Below are positions 44,725-56,079 of a DNA stretch of 64,000 nucleotides, one piece after another; the first letter of the stretch is position 1, and each line of letters starts with the position of its first letter. Source of the DNA: Histomonas meleagridis 2922-C6/04-290x (taxonomy: Eukaryota; Protista; Parabasalia). The notes under the pieces were generated by a model. That model was not told the origin of the DNA and ran no database searches. It worked only from the letters and a program-made list of their open reading frames with translations. The DNA lies in assembly GCA_020184695.1 (NCBI GenBank), contig JAANOX010000017.1, positions 310,001-374,000 on the forward strand, in the 5' to 3' direction. The position numbers and the translations under genes are program-made.

Positions 44725-47700
44725 TCAATCGTCGATTCCTATTGTTAACAACTTAAACAACGTTTGGATTATTCTATATGCTCTTTCAGCATCAGAATCT
44801 AACTTAAATTCGAATTCCATCTTTCGATTTATAGTATGGTTCATATATTCGAATTTCATTTTATTCATATTCATCAACATTTTCCTAATATTTACAATCT
44901 CGAAGAAACATTCCATACTTATTTCATTCTCATTTTTCATCACAAATAAGAAAACTCTCAAATTTGTTATACAAATACAACTATTTTGATTCTTACTGAA
45001 ATAAATATCAAACAAATACTCAGCTGAATTCACTTGTCGACAAATCATTTGATAATTCATTGCATTTTGTGATTCTTCAAATGTCGATATTCTATGCATT
45101 GGATAAGCTCTAGAGTCTCTTGTTCTTTTCAAAACTGTGTTTTCGTCTTCGATCGCTTTTCTTGATGCTGTTATTAATCCAGTTCCCATTTGCATAATTC
45201 CACTAAAAGGTTTTGTTACAACACCAGTGATCCCTTTAGCTAAACCTTTAGCGAATCCAATAAACTTACGTCCTTTAGCTTCTTTTTTAGCGCCTTCAAT
45301 TGGATCCATAAAAATTCCAGTTACTGCATCACCAAAACCTTTACCAGCAGCTATAAAACTATTTTTCACAACTTCCTTTGAAGACTGGTTAATACCGGAA
45401 GTATTAACGAAGCTATCAGACATTGTTAAGTATTGTAAAATCAATGTTACAGCATGAAAGAACTTTTCGCCCGTTTGTAGCACCTTAGCGGTTGTTTTCA
45501 GAGGTTTACTCCGAGTACTTTTATAAATTTCGGGCGGTTCTTCTGGTATAAATTTGAATATAGTTCCGGTTATAACCGAATACGCTTGAGAAATTAATTG
45601 TTGTTTCATTGGGTTCATAATATGAGTCACCAAATAATTATTACTAACGATTTGATTTTCACGTTTAAACGAACTAATATGGAACCTTAAAGGCTTAGTC
45701 AAAGTCGGGATATAATTTATCCATTTAAAAAGAATTGGATAAATTTTCGGTCTCATTGTTCTTCCAACGATGAACACATTAATATTAATTTTCTTTATTA
45801 ACAACGATTGCAATATGAATTGTGTTGATGAATAACCAACAGATTTAATAGAAGGCTTTGGTAAATCTAATGCCGATACTTTTTGATATTTTGGTGTTAA
45901 TAAATAATAAAATGAAATTAAATCGGATAAAAATGAAACGTCTAAAATCAAATTAATTTCATTCATATCAAAACTTATTGATTGGAATGATGAAAGTAAA
46001 GGAGCGTTTGCATTCATTGTCGACTTAAATTCTAGAAATGGATTATTTTCATTTTGATCACAAGATATTGGTACTTCTATTATCGCATTTGGATGCATAT
46101 CATATATACGTAAAGAGTTAATAAAGAACTCAAGTTGACGAATCTTTGGATGTATGATGAATTGTAATCCGATGTTTGTAATTAAGAACATACAAAACTC
46201 ACAATAATCGTTATTAATCAATGAGATTTCGATCTGAGGAATGAAGAATATGAATTGTTTTGTACTATGATGAACTTGTGATTGTTTAAATGAATCAATT
46301 AATTGTTCATTGTCACAAACTATAATCGTTTTAGTAGAATCAGAATTAGTTCGTATAAATGTAAATATTTGTTTATCATTAATTTGATGTTTTAATTTAA
46401 AGTCAGTAATTGTTGTATTAATTTTTATTAATTGTTCATCAACTTCAATATAAAAATCATTCGATAAATATGGATTTTCAAACCCAAATAATGAAGTTGT
46501 ATCTGTTAAAACTTTGACTTTTATTAAGCTGTTTTCTGTTTGTTTATAATAAAAATCATAACTTAAACAATTCGATATCATTAATGGTTGTGGAAATGTT
46601 GGAACACTAAACTTTATTATCATTTCATGACTAACTTCTTCAACTAATAATTCGATATATTGATTAGTTCCATTTTTATTTTGAAATATAAAAGTCGTAT
46701 GTATTTGTGAATTTGCATATAATATTAAAAAGTTTTTCGAGTTTGGTGATTGTACTAAAAACGTGAATTCTTTTAATGAATTTGTGATAGCTATAGTTGC
46801 TTTCGGATCAATTTTTATATTTTTCCCATATTCAACTTTATGTTTATTATCATAAGGTTTAATAATTAATGGAATTAATAAATTATTTTTGATTTTGATT
46901 TTGGAATATATATTAATAATTGTCGATGTAGAAAATGGATTTGCTGAATTAATTTTATAACTTAAAGGACAATATAACTTTGTCGGATGTGTTTCAGATG
47001 GTATTAATATAACTCCATAAGTATTATCCATATAACAATCAATGTCTTGTGACAATAATTCATATTTTTGGTCAATTAATCCAAACTTAGTTTCGATCAT
47101 TGGTTTCTCATTAAAATATGATTCGACTCCCCAAATACCAAAACTTTTCTTAAATATAAATGAAAAGAATTCATTATTCCGTAAAATTAAGTCATGATTT
47201 GTATTATTAAATATAATTGTAGGCGAATAAAATGTTATAATTGTTTGTCCTTTATATTTAGTACATTGAATCGCTATTAATATATTTGAGTTTTGATTTT
47301 TGATTAAGAACTTTTGTGGTTTATCATTTTCTAAACTTAAAATATAATTTTTTGGTTCTTCTTGTATTTCATCAATTTGCATTATGAACTGTACTCTTGT
47401 CGAATTATATTTAAATGTAAATGACATTTGATCTTTTCCTGGTTGAATTTTATATTTTTCTTTTTCAAATGATATCATTAAATTATATAATAATCGATTT
47501 TTAAGTATTGTAATCGGAGTAATATTAACAATATAAATACTTGAGATTGAATCATATTCTCCAATTAATAATAAATTTACATATATACCATCAAAGAATA
47601 ATTCGATATATTTAATGTTATCTTTTAATTCCGAAATAGAAAATCGACTTTCTTTATTAGGATTTGTACCTGAAAGTCCGAAATCTTGTGATAATAAAAC

Positions 47701-50700
47701 ATTTGGTGGAATTGAAGTAATTTGTTGTGCTTTAATATTTAAGACATTTTTCTTTCCTGCAGTATGATCAATTAATAATAAATCATAATCTGTTTGATTA
47801 TTAATTTTTAAAATTGATGAAAATACAAATTCTTGACAATCAACAGTATTCCGTTGATAAAAAATTGTATTTTTCCCTGCTAAAAATGGATTTGTAGGTT
47901 CAATAGGTGAAACCCAATTATAAATTGATGATTCAAATGCAATTTTTGTACCAATTCGAATATTAATTTTCCCATCTTTTTTAAGGATAATATTTGATGA
48001 ATTTAATTTATTATTTTCTTTAAGTTTTAACGTTAAGTTTGAACCTGTTTCATTAACTATAAATAAATTTGATTGTGAACTTTGAGGAATTTGTTTAATT
48101 CGTTCAATGAAATCCATCAGCATTCGAATTGTATTAAAAGATGCATTAATTCTTAAAGGGTCTATAAAACGAATTGTAAATTCTTTATCTGTATCAAGCA
48201 TTAAATCGATTCCAATGACCATTGGTTCAATTAAATAATCATAATAACCATTAACAGGATTTAACACTTGAATTCCATTAATTTTTATTATGAATGAACC
48301 TTTAGTACAAGTTTGTGTATTCATTTTTATATTAATTGTTTCTGTTTTAAAATGAATAATTGGTTTAAAACATTTATAATTTAATGCATTACTCATTAAT
48401 ACGACTGATATTGGTTGAACATATATATCAATGTTATAATTCTTGATTGTAATTTTAGGTGATAATTCATCATTTTCTGATTTGAAACATTCCATTAATT
48501 CAGGTATATCTTTATTTAGAAATTGTTGTAAATAAAAAATATCTGCTGCTGATAATAATATATTAATTGGTGTCGATAATATTGTAACAATTTTTGTTTG
48601 TGAATTAGTTACTATATTAAGTTTAACATTAAACTTATTTAAGATTTGATGTATTAATTCTTGTTGATTATTAATTATATTAAAATATGAACAATTAATT
48701 TCAACTATAAATATTAATGGCTTTGTTATAAATAAACAATCAAATTGTGTTTGAAGTTGATAATTAGAATTAGTTATAGGAAATGTTATTTTACTTGGTT
48801 TAATAGAGATCGATAAATCAGATTGGAAATTATTTTGTTCATTATTCGTTTCTATTTTAGGTTTTGGTTGTGTCCATTGATGTGTAAGAAATGGCGATTG
48901 TAATATAATTGGTAAAATTATGTTTAAACTATTATAATCAATTTCACCTGTAAATGATTTTAAGTATAATTTCTTTTGTTTGTTTTGAAGTATAAATTTT
49001 AATGATTTCTTATTCTTATTTGAATATATTTTAGAAAATAATGAATAACTTCCAATTGTTAATTTCATTTTGGTCGAATTATATACATATTTAATATTTT
49101 TTAAGATAATATTTGGTACTGTTGATATCTCTCCTTCAAAACTTTTAACTATAAATGATATCGACATATCAATATAAAATGGATATAAAAGATTTGGATT
49201 ACTTCTTGGTATAAATGATGAAATCGTTTCACAAAATATTTGCGATAGTTTCCGATCATAAACCATTGAAATTTTGTCAAATTTACAAATGAAATTCATT
49301 GCTCTTAAAAATGTCGAATTTTTACCTATAAATGGCTCGACAAAACGATTTTCATTTTCGAATCCTTTGTTAATGTTTGGTAATTTCTTCGAAATATCCC
49401 AAAACATTGGAACACTTAATTTAGTAAACTTAAATAACGTCGAAATTTTTCCTTTTCGAATCTTTGCTATATGATTACATCCGTCTTTTGACTTAAAGAT
49501 AACTTTACGAAAGTTAATTGGTAAATATTTAACTGATCGTGTCACAAAATTTCCTTTAATATGTTCAACTTTAACATCATATGTTAACGCTGACATTGAT
49601 ATTGGACCTGAAAAATCGCGTTCGATTGGCGTCGAATAAATTACAAACGCAAAGTTAACAACTGACATTAAATAGTCGTATTGGAAATCGGACTCTAATT
49701 CATTGATATCCACAAATATGTTTCCATTGAAGTATTCGAAATTGATTTTGTCAGTAACTATAAATGGATGTTTGAACTTCGGATTTATAATTTTGGTTGC
49801 ATTCGTTTTGATAATAACTTTTGTATATTCATTAAATATTAAACATAAGTCGAAATCATCAAAATCAATTTTCGCAGTAGTGCTCTCGTTGATAATGGAG
49901 CCGTTCAAATTATCTGCAATGATCGAAATTTTAAGTGTTTTCTTTTGTTCGCTGTTATCAGTTTCAACTTCTTCTAAACTTATTTCATTTTCTTTATCAT
50001 TATTTTCGTTATTAGTTATTTCATTTACTTTATCATTATTTTCATTAATTTCATTGTTTTCGTTATTAATATTTTCATTAGTTTCGTTTTCTTTATTATT
50101 TGTTTCTTTGTTTTCGTTTATGTTGAAGAATCCGAGGATGTTTCTGATTTGCTTTGGATATAACAAAACTTTTGTTTGCGGAAGTAATATCGAAATTTCA
50201 TTTGACTTTTCGCCTGCAAAATCGATTTTTACTGTAAGTGATTCATTTGGTGAAATAATATTTTCGTTATTACATTTTAATAACATATTATTTACCACAG
50301 CGTTACCATTTATATTCGGCATCAATGATAACTTAAATTCATTTAATGTTAAATCGAAATTATCGTTTTGTTTTGCCATTTTAATATTCGATGAATTCAA
50401 ACTAAAGTCGATATCATATAAAGATGGATTTGAATTAATGTTTTGATTTTTAGTTTCGACTTTTGTTGTTGATTTGGATTTTGGTATTATATTCATTAAG
50501 TCTTTCATAAAATGAATAATATTTTTATATTGTTCTTGTGATATATTAATCATTAAATCATTAATTGAACCTCCGATTTTATAATGATTTAACTCAATTA
50601 AATTAAGTGAAACATGAAATAAATTCATTTCAAGTAATGTCTCTAATTCAACATTAAATGAAATGTTATTAATTCCAAAATTATTATTTGTGTCTTCTTT

Positions 50701-53700
50701 AACAATGGAAATGTTTTCTATTGTGATGTTATACTTTTCTTGGATTTTCACTGAAATTGACGCTTTATCAACTTCAAATGAATACTCCAATTCCATATTT
50801 CTATTACTTTTCGTATTCTCAACAGTTTTTTTTTCTTCGTTTTGTTGTTTTATAATTTGCGTTTCTTTTTTTTCATTTTGTGGTTCTATAATTTCAGTTT
50901 CAGCATTAATAATAAAGAAACTTTTCATGAATTCGATCCATTCAAGGTCGAAGTCAATGAGAATTTCTTTTATGTGACTATTTAACTTATATTTATTGTT
51001 TGAAAATAGAATTTTAAGTTTCGTTTCATCATCGAAATGTAAAATTTTGCTTTCGATGTCATTAATTGTTTTTGTACCTAAAAATGTGCCAACAATTAAA
51101 TCGACATCATTAATGCCATTGTTGACATTATTAAATAATATTTTGAATCCATTTAATACAAAATCTGAACCATATTCGCAGTTATCCTGAATTAAATGAA
51201 CAGAAAATTGTTCAAACTCAGCATCAATTTCTATTTTAGGTATTCTCTGAACGAAACTATTGTTTGTTGCTTCTACAATTTCATTTTCATCATATATTTC
51301 ATTTTTATTAGTTATTACTTCATTTGTTTCATTATTTTCTTCATCTTTTACTTCATTTTCTTTAGTTATTACTTCATTTGTTTCATTTGTAATTGCTTTG
51401 TTTTCACTATTCACTGAGATTTGTTCGCTTATGTAATCGAGTGATTTCATTAAATCTTTGTATTGTATGTCATGTAGGAACAAAACAACTTTTGACATTT
51501 TGAAGTAATATTTTTGATTTGCTATTTCATCGCATTTAACAAATGAATTTTGGAATCTTAACGAAGTATTAATTGGTTCAATTAAAGCGATTTGATTCAT
51601 TAATATTTGGAATTTGTTCATTTCGAAATCAAAAGTATCATAATAAGTTTCATAGTTATTAATATCTCTTTGAATTTGTTCGGGTGTTTTAATTGTAATC
51701 GAATCGAAAGAAATACAAAACATTTGATAACATGGAATGAACACTTCAGTTTTTTGTTGATTAATTGCTAATGTCAAATAAACGTATTTTTCGAGTCTTT
51801 TTTGTATTGCATATTTTGTTAAATGTATTTCATTTTGTTTATTAGTATTAATTGGTTTTTGTTGTTGTTGTATTGTATTATCATGTTCATTGTTATTATT
51901 GTTGGTATTAACATTAAAATATTCAATGATTTTCATTATTAATGGAATGTCAACATATATTTTAGCTGTCGAATTATTAAGTTTTATATCAAGTAAATCT
52001 TTATCTGTAATTTCTGATATAATATTTGCTGAAATTGCATTTGTTTCATTTTCTCCTTTAAAGTTAATCAAATTTATTTCTTGCGTATTGACTATTAATG
52101 ACTTCAAAGTAAACTTTGATTCTATTTTACTTTGAAGCCCATAAATTAAAAAGTCGACATCTTTAATATCAATTTTCACGTTAATTTTATCCAAAAAGTT
52201 GAATGAAAAGTCATCAAAATTAATATGTACATAAAAAGAATTTGATCTTTGAATAAATTGACTATCATCAACTTCAATTTGTTGTTGTTGTTGCTGTTGT
52301 TGTTGTTGTTGTTGATTATTATTATTATTTGGTATTAAACTTATTAATTCTAATAATGTTAAATAATCTAAATGATATATGTTAAATACCATATTTTTTA
52401 CATTGATATCAAAGGAATTCATTATCATTGTACTCCTTTGTATAAAACTATGTTTAATTCCAATTTGAAACTTAACAACTTTATCACATAAATTATGTTT
52501 CCCAACTTGAATTTGGAATCCTTCAATCGAAAACAAATATTTATCGAAAAATGTTTCTTCGTTATGTATATCTCTTTCGATTTGATAATCAATTGATTTA
52601 ACATCGAAAGCGCCGAAATTAATAATAATATTTTCTTTCGTAGGAAATATAATCATTGGCGTATCCATATGTGCTCTTAAATCAATTTTATTATGATTAT
52701 TAATTAAGTTTTGTATCTCTAATATCGTCGAATCTCTTTTTTGTGGTTGCTCTTGTAAACTTTTGATATTTCTTTTATCGCGTATTAATTTCATTCCTTC
52801 GGTATAAAATTCTTGGAATTTATCAAAGAAGTTAAAGTCAATGTTTAATATCGGTGAACCAATGTTTAAATCTAATTGAAGAATTTGCGTTTCTTTGTTT
52901 TTATACATTTTAAATAGAATACATTCATTGCCTTTAGGTTGTTTCTTAAAATAAAATATTTTGTTGGAATTAATCGAATTAATTAATGAGAAATCTTTAA
53001 TGGAAGCATTAATTATATTGTTCGTCTTCCGATTTTCAAAATTCCCTTTAATATCTTTGATTAATATTTTCGATAATGGATTTTCTTTATCATATTGTAT
53101 AACAGCTTTGATTTTATGTATATGAAACTTAACTAAAAGTGGATCAGAATCAGTTTCATCTAAATTTAATTCGATTTTTTCTTCTTCTTCACTTTGTTTT
53201 TCAAGTATTTCTTTCTTCTTTAAAAATATCATATACTGTATAAGCATTGATGATAACTCGACACCATAAACATCTTGTAAGTTCTTTTTCTCTGTTTCAT
53301 TATCAGAATTAAGAACACTTAATAGATATTCTTTTTCTGTTTTTCGCTTCTTGAGAAATTCAAGAGCGGTTTTGACAATAAATTCTTTTTTAATGCGCTT
53401 TTTACGTGCAGTTCGATATGAATAATGCCACCAACCTCGAAGATCACGGCGGCGTTTGAAGTTAGGACGACCACAACTCTCAAAAAACATAATTCGGGAA
53501 AACTTATTATATCGAGATTGAATCTCTTGAATACCTTCCCATTGGGCGGAATTGAAAAAAAGATTTATGGATTTGACTTTCGTGTCAAAAAGTTTGTTCC
53601 CATTCGTTTGATTAACTGGAATTTCAATTATCCCATCAAAATTGAGATCTTTAAGAATGTATTGATGATCAGAATTCATACTTTTCTCCATACATTCGGT

Positions 53701-54351
53701 GAATTTACTTTGGGTAGAAGTATCAATAGGTTGAGATGAAGTATCAAGATATAATGAAAACCCTGAAAGAACTACTTTCTTGTATAAAATGTCAGGCGCT
53801 GAATCTAGAATAACTTCGTTGCCATTTTTATCAACTGTGAAAAGATCGATTTTCGGAATAAAGATCCCAAATGATGTTGTTTCTTTATCTGATAATTCGA
53901 TCCTAAGGTGAACATTTGTGACTTTAGCTTGAAGATTTGTAGCAATTTTGAGTGTGGTTCCTGCAAGATTTGAATTATTAGATTGAGCACCTTCCGTTCC
54001 CATTTTGGTTAATATATCATATTGTTGAAGTAGGCTTTGAATGTCCGTTTGAATTAAGGTGTTTCCAACAATTTTACCTTTCATGTAGATTCCATCAACA
54101 AAAAAAACAGAAGGTTTTGAGCCTAAATTTCTCCATGGGAATGAGATATCAATTGACCTAATAAAGCCTTTAGTGATTTCAACTGGAATACCATTCGATA
54201 TAAGAGCTTCTGATTTGATTTCAATATCTCCCAAAGAAGCTTTTCCACTTAATATGCTCGTGCGGATTTGTTTTCTGCTAACAGAATAAATGTATTTATG
54301 AAGAAATTGTGAAATTGCTATTGCGAGTACCTTGTCAATGATAGTATTCAT
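44725..54351 (-). CDS. VPS13: Full-length VPS13 family protein (~3200 aa)
   Basis: Chorein-N (QFLHKYI...QIRTSILSGKASLGDIEIK, GFIRSIDISFPWRNLGSKP) and C-terminal GFGDAVTGIFMDPIEGAK...GVVTKPFSGI. Internal polyQ at ~52280-52320. Confidence 0.93.
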   Translation of the reverse strand: MNTIIDKVLAIAISQFLHKYIYSVSRKQIRTSILSGKASLGDIEIKSEALISNGIPVEITKGFIRSIDISFPWRNLGSKPSVFFVDGIYMKGKIVGNTLIQTDIQSLLQQYDILTKMGTEGAQSNNSNLAGTTLKIATNLQAKVTNVHLRIELSDKETTSFGIFIPKIDLFTVDKNGNEVILDSAPDILYKKVVLSGFSLYLDTSSQPIDTSTQSKFTECMEKSMNSDHQYILKDLNFDGIIEIPVNQTNGNKLFDTKVKSINLFFNSAQWEGIQEIQSRYNKFSRIMFFESCGRPNFKRRRDLRGWWHYSYRTARKKRIKKEFIVKTALEFLKKRKTEKEYLLSVLNSDNETEKKNLQDVYGVELSSMLIQYMIFLKKKEILEKQSEEEEKIELNLDETDSDPLLVKFHIHKIKAVIQYDKENPLSKILIKDIKGNFENRKTNNIINASIKDFSLINSINSNKIFYFKKQPKGNECILFKMYKNKETQILQLDLNIGSPILNIDFNFFDKFQEFYTEGMKLIRDKRNIKSLQEQPQKRDSTILEIQNLINNHNKIDLRAHMDTPMIIFPTKENIIINFGAFDVKSIDYQIERDIHNEETFFDKYLFSIEGFQIQVGKHNLCDKVVKFQIGIKHSFIQRSTMIMNSFDINVKNMVFNIYHLDYLTLLELISLIPNNNNNQQQQQQQQQQQQIEVDDSQFIQRSNSFYVHINFDDFSFNFLDKINVKIDIKDVDFLIYGLQSKIESKFTLKSLIVNTQEINLINFKGENETNAISANIISEITDKDLLDIKLNNSTAKIYVDIPLIMKIIEYFNVNTNNNNNEHDNTIQQQQKPINTNKQNEIHLTKYAIQKRLEKYVYLTLAINQQKTEVFIPCYQMFCISFDSITIKTPEQIQRDINNYETYYDTFDFEMNKFQILMNQIALIEPINTSLRFQNSFVKCDEIANQKYYFKMSKVVLFLHDIQYKDLMKSLDYISEQISVNSENKAITNETNEVITKENEVKDEENNETNEVITNKNEIYDENEIVEATNNSFVQRIPKIEIDAEFEQFSVHLIQDNCEYGSDFVLNGFKILFNNVNNGINDVDLIVGTFLGTKTINDIESKILHFDDETKLKILFSNNKYKLNSHIKEILIDFDLEWIEFMKSFFIINAETEIIEPQNEKKETQIIKQQNEEKKTVENTKSNRNMELEYSFEVDKASISVKIQEKYNITIENISIVKEDTNNNFGINNISFNVELETLLEMNLFHVSLNLIELNHYKIGGSINDLMINISQEQYKNIIHFMKDLMNIIPKSKSTTKVETKNQNINSNPSLYDIDFSLNSSNIKMAKQNDNFDLTLNEFKLSLMPNINGNAVVNNMLLKCNNENIISPNESLTVKIDFAGEKSNEISILLPQTKVLLYPKQIRNILGFFNINENKETNNKENETNENINNENNEINENNDKVNEITNNENNDKENEISLEEVETDNSEQKKTLKISIIADNLNGSIINESTTAKIDFDDFDLCLIFNEYTKVIIKTNATKIINPKFKHPFIVTDKINFEYFNGNIFVDINELESDFQYDYLMSVVNFAFVIYSTPIERDFSGPISMSALTYDVKVEHIKGNFVTRSVKYLPINFRKVIFKSKDGCNHIAKIRKGKISTLFKFTKLSVPMFWDISKKLPNINKGFENENRFVEPFIGKNSTFLRAMNFICKFDKISMVYDRKLSQIFCETISSFIPRSNPNLLYPFYIDMSISFIVKSFEGEISTVPNIILKNIKYVYNSTKMKLTIGSYSLFSKIYSNKNKKSLKFILQNKQKKLYLKSFTGEIDYNSLNIILPIILQSPFLTHQWTQPKPKIETNNEQNNFQSDLSISIKPSKITFPITNSNYQLQTQFDCLFITKPLIFIVEINCSYFNIINNQQELIHQILNKFNVKLNIVTNSQTKIVTILSTPINILLSAADIFYLQQFLNKDIPELMECFKSENDELSPKITIKNYNIDIYVQPISVVLMSNALNYKCFKPIIHFKTETINIKMNTQTCTKGSFIIKINGIQVLNPVNGYYDYLIEPMVIGIDLMLDTDKEFTIRFIDPLRINASFNTIRMLMDFIERIKQIPQSSQSNLFIVNETGSNLTLKLKENNKLNSSNIILKKDGKINIRIGTKIAFESSIYNWVSPIEPTNPFLAGKNTIFYQRNTVDCQEFVFSSILKINNQTDYDLLLIDHTAGKKNVLNIKAQQITSIPPNVLLSQDFGLSGTNPNKESRFSISELKDNIKYIELFFDGIYVNLLLIGEYDSISSIYIVNITPITILKNRLLYNLMISFEKEKYKIQPGKDQMSFTFKYNSTRVQFIMQIDEIQEEPKNYILSLENDKPQKFLIKNQNSNILIAIQCTKYKGQTIITFYSPTIIFNNTNHDLILRNNEFFSFIFKKSFGIWGVESYFNEKPMIETKFGLIDQKYELLSQDIDCYMDNTYGVILIPSETHPTKLYCPLSYKINSANPFSTSTIINIYSKIKIKNNLLIPLIIKPYDNKHKVEYGKNIKIDPKATIAITNSLKEFTFLVQSPNSKNFLILYANSQIHTTFIFQNKNGTNQYIELLVEEVSHEMIIKFSVPTFPQPLMISNCLSYDFYYKQTENSLIKVKVLTDTTSLFGFENPYLSNDFYIEVDEQLIKINTTITDFKLKHQINDKQIFTFIRTNSDSTKTIIVCDNEQLIDSFKQSQVHHSTKQFIFFIPQIEISLINNDYCEFCMFLITNIGLQFIIHPKIRQLEFFINSLRIYDMHPNAIIEVPISCDQNENNPFLEFKSTMNANAPLLSSFQSISFDMNEINLILDVSFLSDLISFYYLLTPKYQKVSALDLPKPSIKSVGYSSTQFILQSLLIKKININVFIVGRTMRPKIYPILFKWINYIPTLTKPLRFHISSFKRENQIVSNNYLVTHIMNPMKQQLISQAYSVITGTIFKFIPEEPPEIYKSTRSKPLKTTAKVLQTGEKFFHAVTLILQYLTMSDSFVNTSGINQSSKEVVKNSFIAAGKGFGDAVTGIFMDPIEGAKKEAKGRKFIGFAKGLAKGITGVVTKPFSGIMQMGTGLITASRKAIEDENTVLKRTRDSRAYPMHRISTFEESQNAMNYQMICRQVNSAEYLFDIYFSKNQNSCICITNLRVFLFVMKNENEISMECFFEIVNIRKMLMNMNKMKFEYMNHTINRKMEFEFKLDSDAERAYRIIQTLFKLLTIGIDD

Positions 54352-54873
54352 CTTTTTTCCCCAACTCTTGCAGAAATAACCGCGTTGTATAAAATAAAAC
54401 ATTCAAATCAAACTCCCAAAACATTGAAATCAAAGATATTCTGTTGTTTATTTTTACAAACTAAATATTTTCTGTTATTTACATTTTCCCTTACCCAAGT
54501 TCAAAATCGAATACTCGACATTGTCATCTGATAATTGTTCACGCACATTACCATTTATTAAAATAGGCTTTGTCGCATTGTTTTTTACGTTTAAATAAAT
54601 AAGTTGAATTTTATTTTTTCTCGTTTTTCTTAATTAAAATTTCATAAGTTAAAGATTGATAATAGTAAAATTATTAATATAAACATTATGTACATAATAA
54701 ATTAGCAATGATAAATGCACTTGAATAATTGATTCGCATCTGCTCACTAAAAGAAAAGTGATTAAATTTTTTAATTTTAAATCTCTTAATTTGCATATAA
54801 TGAATTAATGAAAAGTTATTCATTTGAAACTGCAAAAAATCGTTCAGTTATTGAGCCGTTTTTTACTTAATTC

Positions 54874-56016
54874 TTACATGTAGCTGCTTTTTGCCAATTC
54901 GTTTTCTTCGAGCCATGACTGTATCAATGATCTCTGTAGAATAGCGGACTGTAGCTCCAAACTTTTCACCTCGTCCTTCAGCTTCGTTATTCCCATTTTA
55001 ATCTTCATCAAAGGCGTATTATCGCTTACTTCCTTTTGCTTTTCATTCAATGATTCTTTCGTACTGTTCAAGTTGTTTGCGACTGTCTTTAGCTCTTCTT
55101 GTAACTCATTAACAATTGCAACTTTTTCTCTGTGCCGCGCTTCGACCACTGATAACGCAGTAGCCTTTTCAGCATACTCAGAAACGCTAATCTCGAAGCG
55201 ATTGTTGAGATTCTTCTCGCGCGTTTCAATCGCTTGAATCGCTTTAGTTACATCGGCGCCGACTTTAGTAAGTATAGGTGACAACTGACTATTGATCTCG
55301 TTTATACTTTTGTGGTGCTGACTCATTTGGCTAAAGTGCGAGCGCCAGTCTGTCTTCGTAGTCGGAATACGGATTTGAAGTCGTGATGCAACACGTTCGG
55401 CTTCCGATTTGAGATCAACAGAGTCAATGGTGTTTCGAGGAATTCCAGTGACATGATCGGAAACTTCATAATCGTCGGAGTTGTTCTCGGCATCTTCTTG
55501 GATGTCAATTGCGTCATCAATTATTCCATCATCATCACTATCGCCAATGGTTTGAACTTCCTCTTCACCACCAAAGCCACTGATGGCACGGAAAGGAGCT
55601 GGTGAAAAGTTAATGCGTTTAAGTGTTAAACGTAAGATTGCATCTAAAATTGTGCAAACTGCTATTCCATGACCAGGTAGTAATTTGGATGATGAAAAGT
55701 TAAGCTTGAAGCCAAGTGAAGGTAGAGCTACCATTAGATTATCGGCTACTGAAGAAGGTTCATCATAATCTGAAGGAGTAGCAATATCACTATGATGATA
55801 TGTTTGCATTAACCAGATAGAAAGCGACGCAAAATAATCAAATTGTTCTTTAGAACTTTGCGCTGGAAGTGCAAAATAAAATGGAGTTAAATAAGGTAAA
55901 TGTCGTTTGATTGGATCAAATTCGGTTTCATAATTTAAGTATTGAAGAGCGTCGTATATCTGCCGCATTAGAGAAAATTCGTCGAGTGGTTTTTTCCCTC
56001 CAGGAGAACGACTCAT
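54874..56016 (-). CDS. IFT57: Intraflagellar transport protein 57
   Basis: YFALP, EQFDYFASLSIWL, KLLPGHGIAVCTILD, EAERVASRLQ, DWRSH and a C-terminal coiled coil. Confidence 0.88.
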   Translation of the reverse strand: MSRSPGGKKPLDEFSLMRQIYDALQYLNYETEFDPIKRHLPYLTPFYFALPAQSSKEQFDYFASLSIWLMQTYHHSDIATPSDYDEPSSVADNLMVALPSLGFKLNFSSSKLLPGHGIAVCTILDAILRLTLKRINFSPAPFRAISGFGGEEEVQTIGDSDDDGIIDDAIDIQEDAENNSDDYEVSDHVTGIPRNTIDSVDLKSEAERVASRLQIRIPTTKTDWRSHFSQMSQHHKSINEINSQLSPILTKVGADVTKAIQAIETREKNLNNRFEISVSEYAEKATALSVVEARHREKVAIVNELQEELKTVANNLNSTKESLNEKQKEVSDNTPLMKIKMGITKLKDEVKSLELQSAILQRSLIQSWLEENELAKSSYM

Positions 56017-56079
56017 TCTTCAAATGTTCGTTATTTGAGACGGTTAACGATACCATCGAACAAACCTTGTGAAAGACAA

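Noticed and set aside
1-54351. Two VPS13 paralogs in one window
   Set aside because: Highly diverged and 41 kb apart; multi-copy VPS13 is common in eukaryotes.
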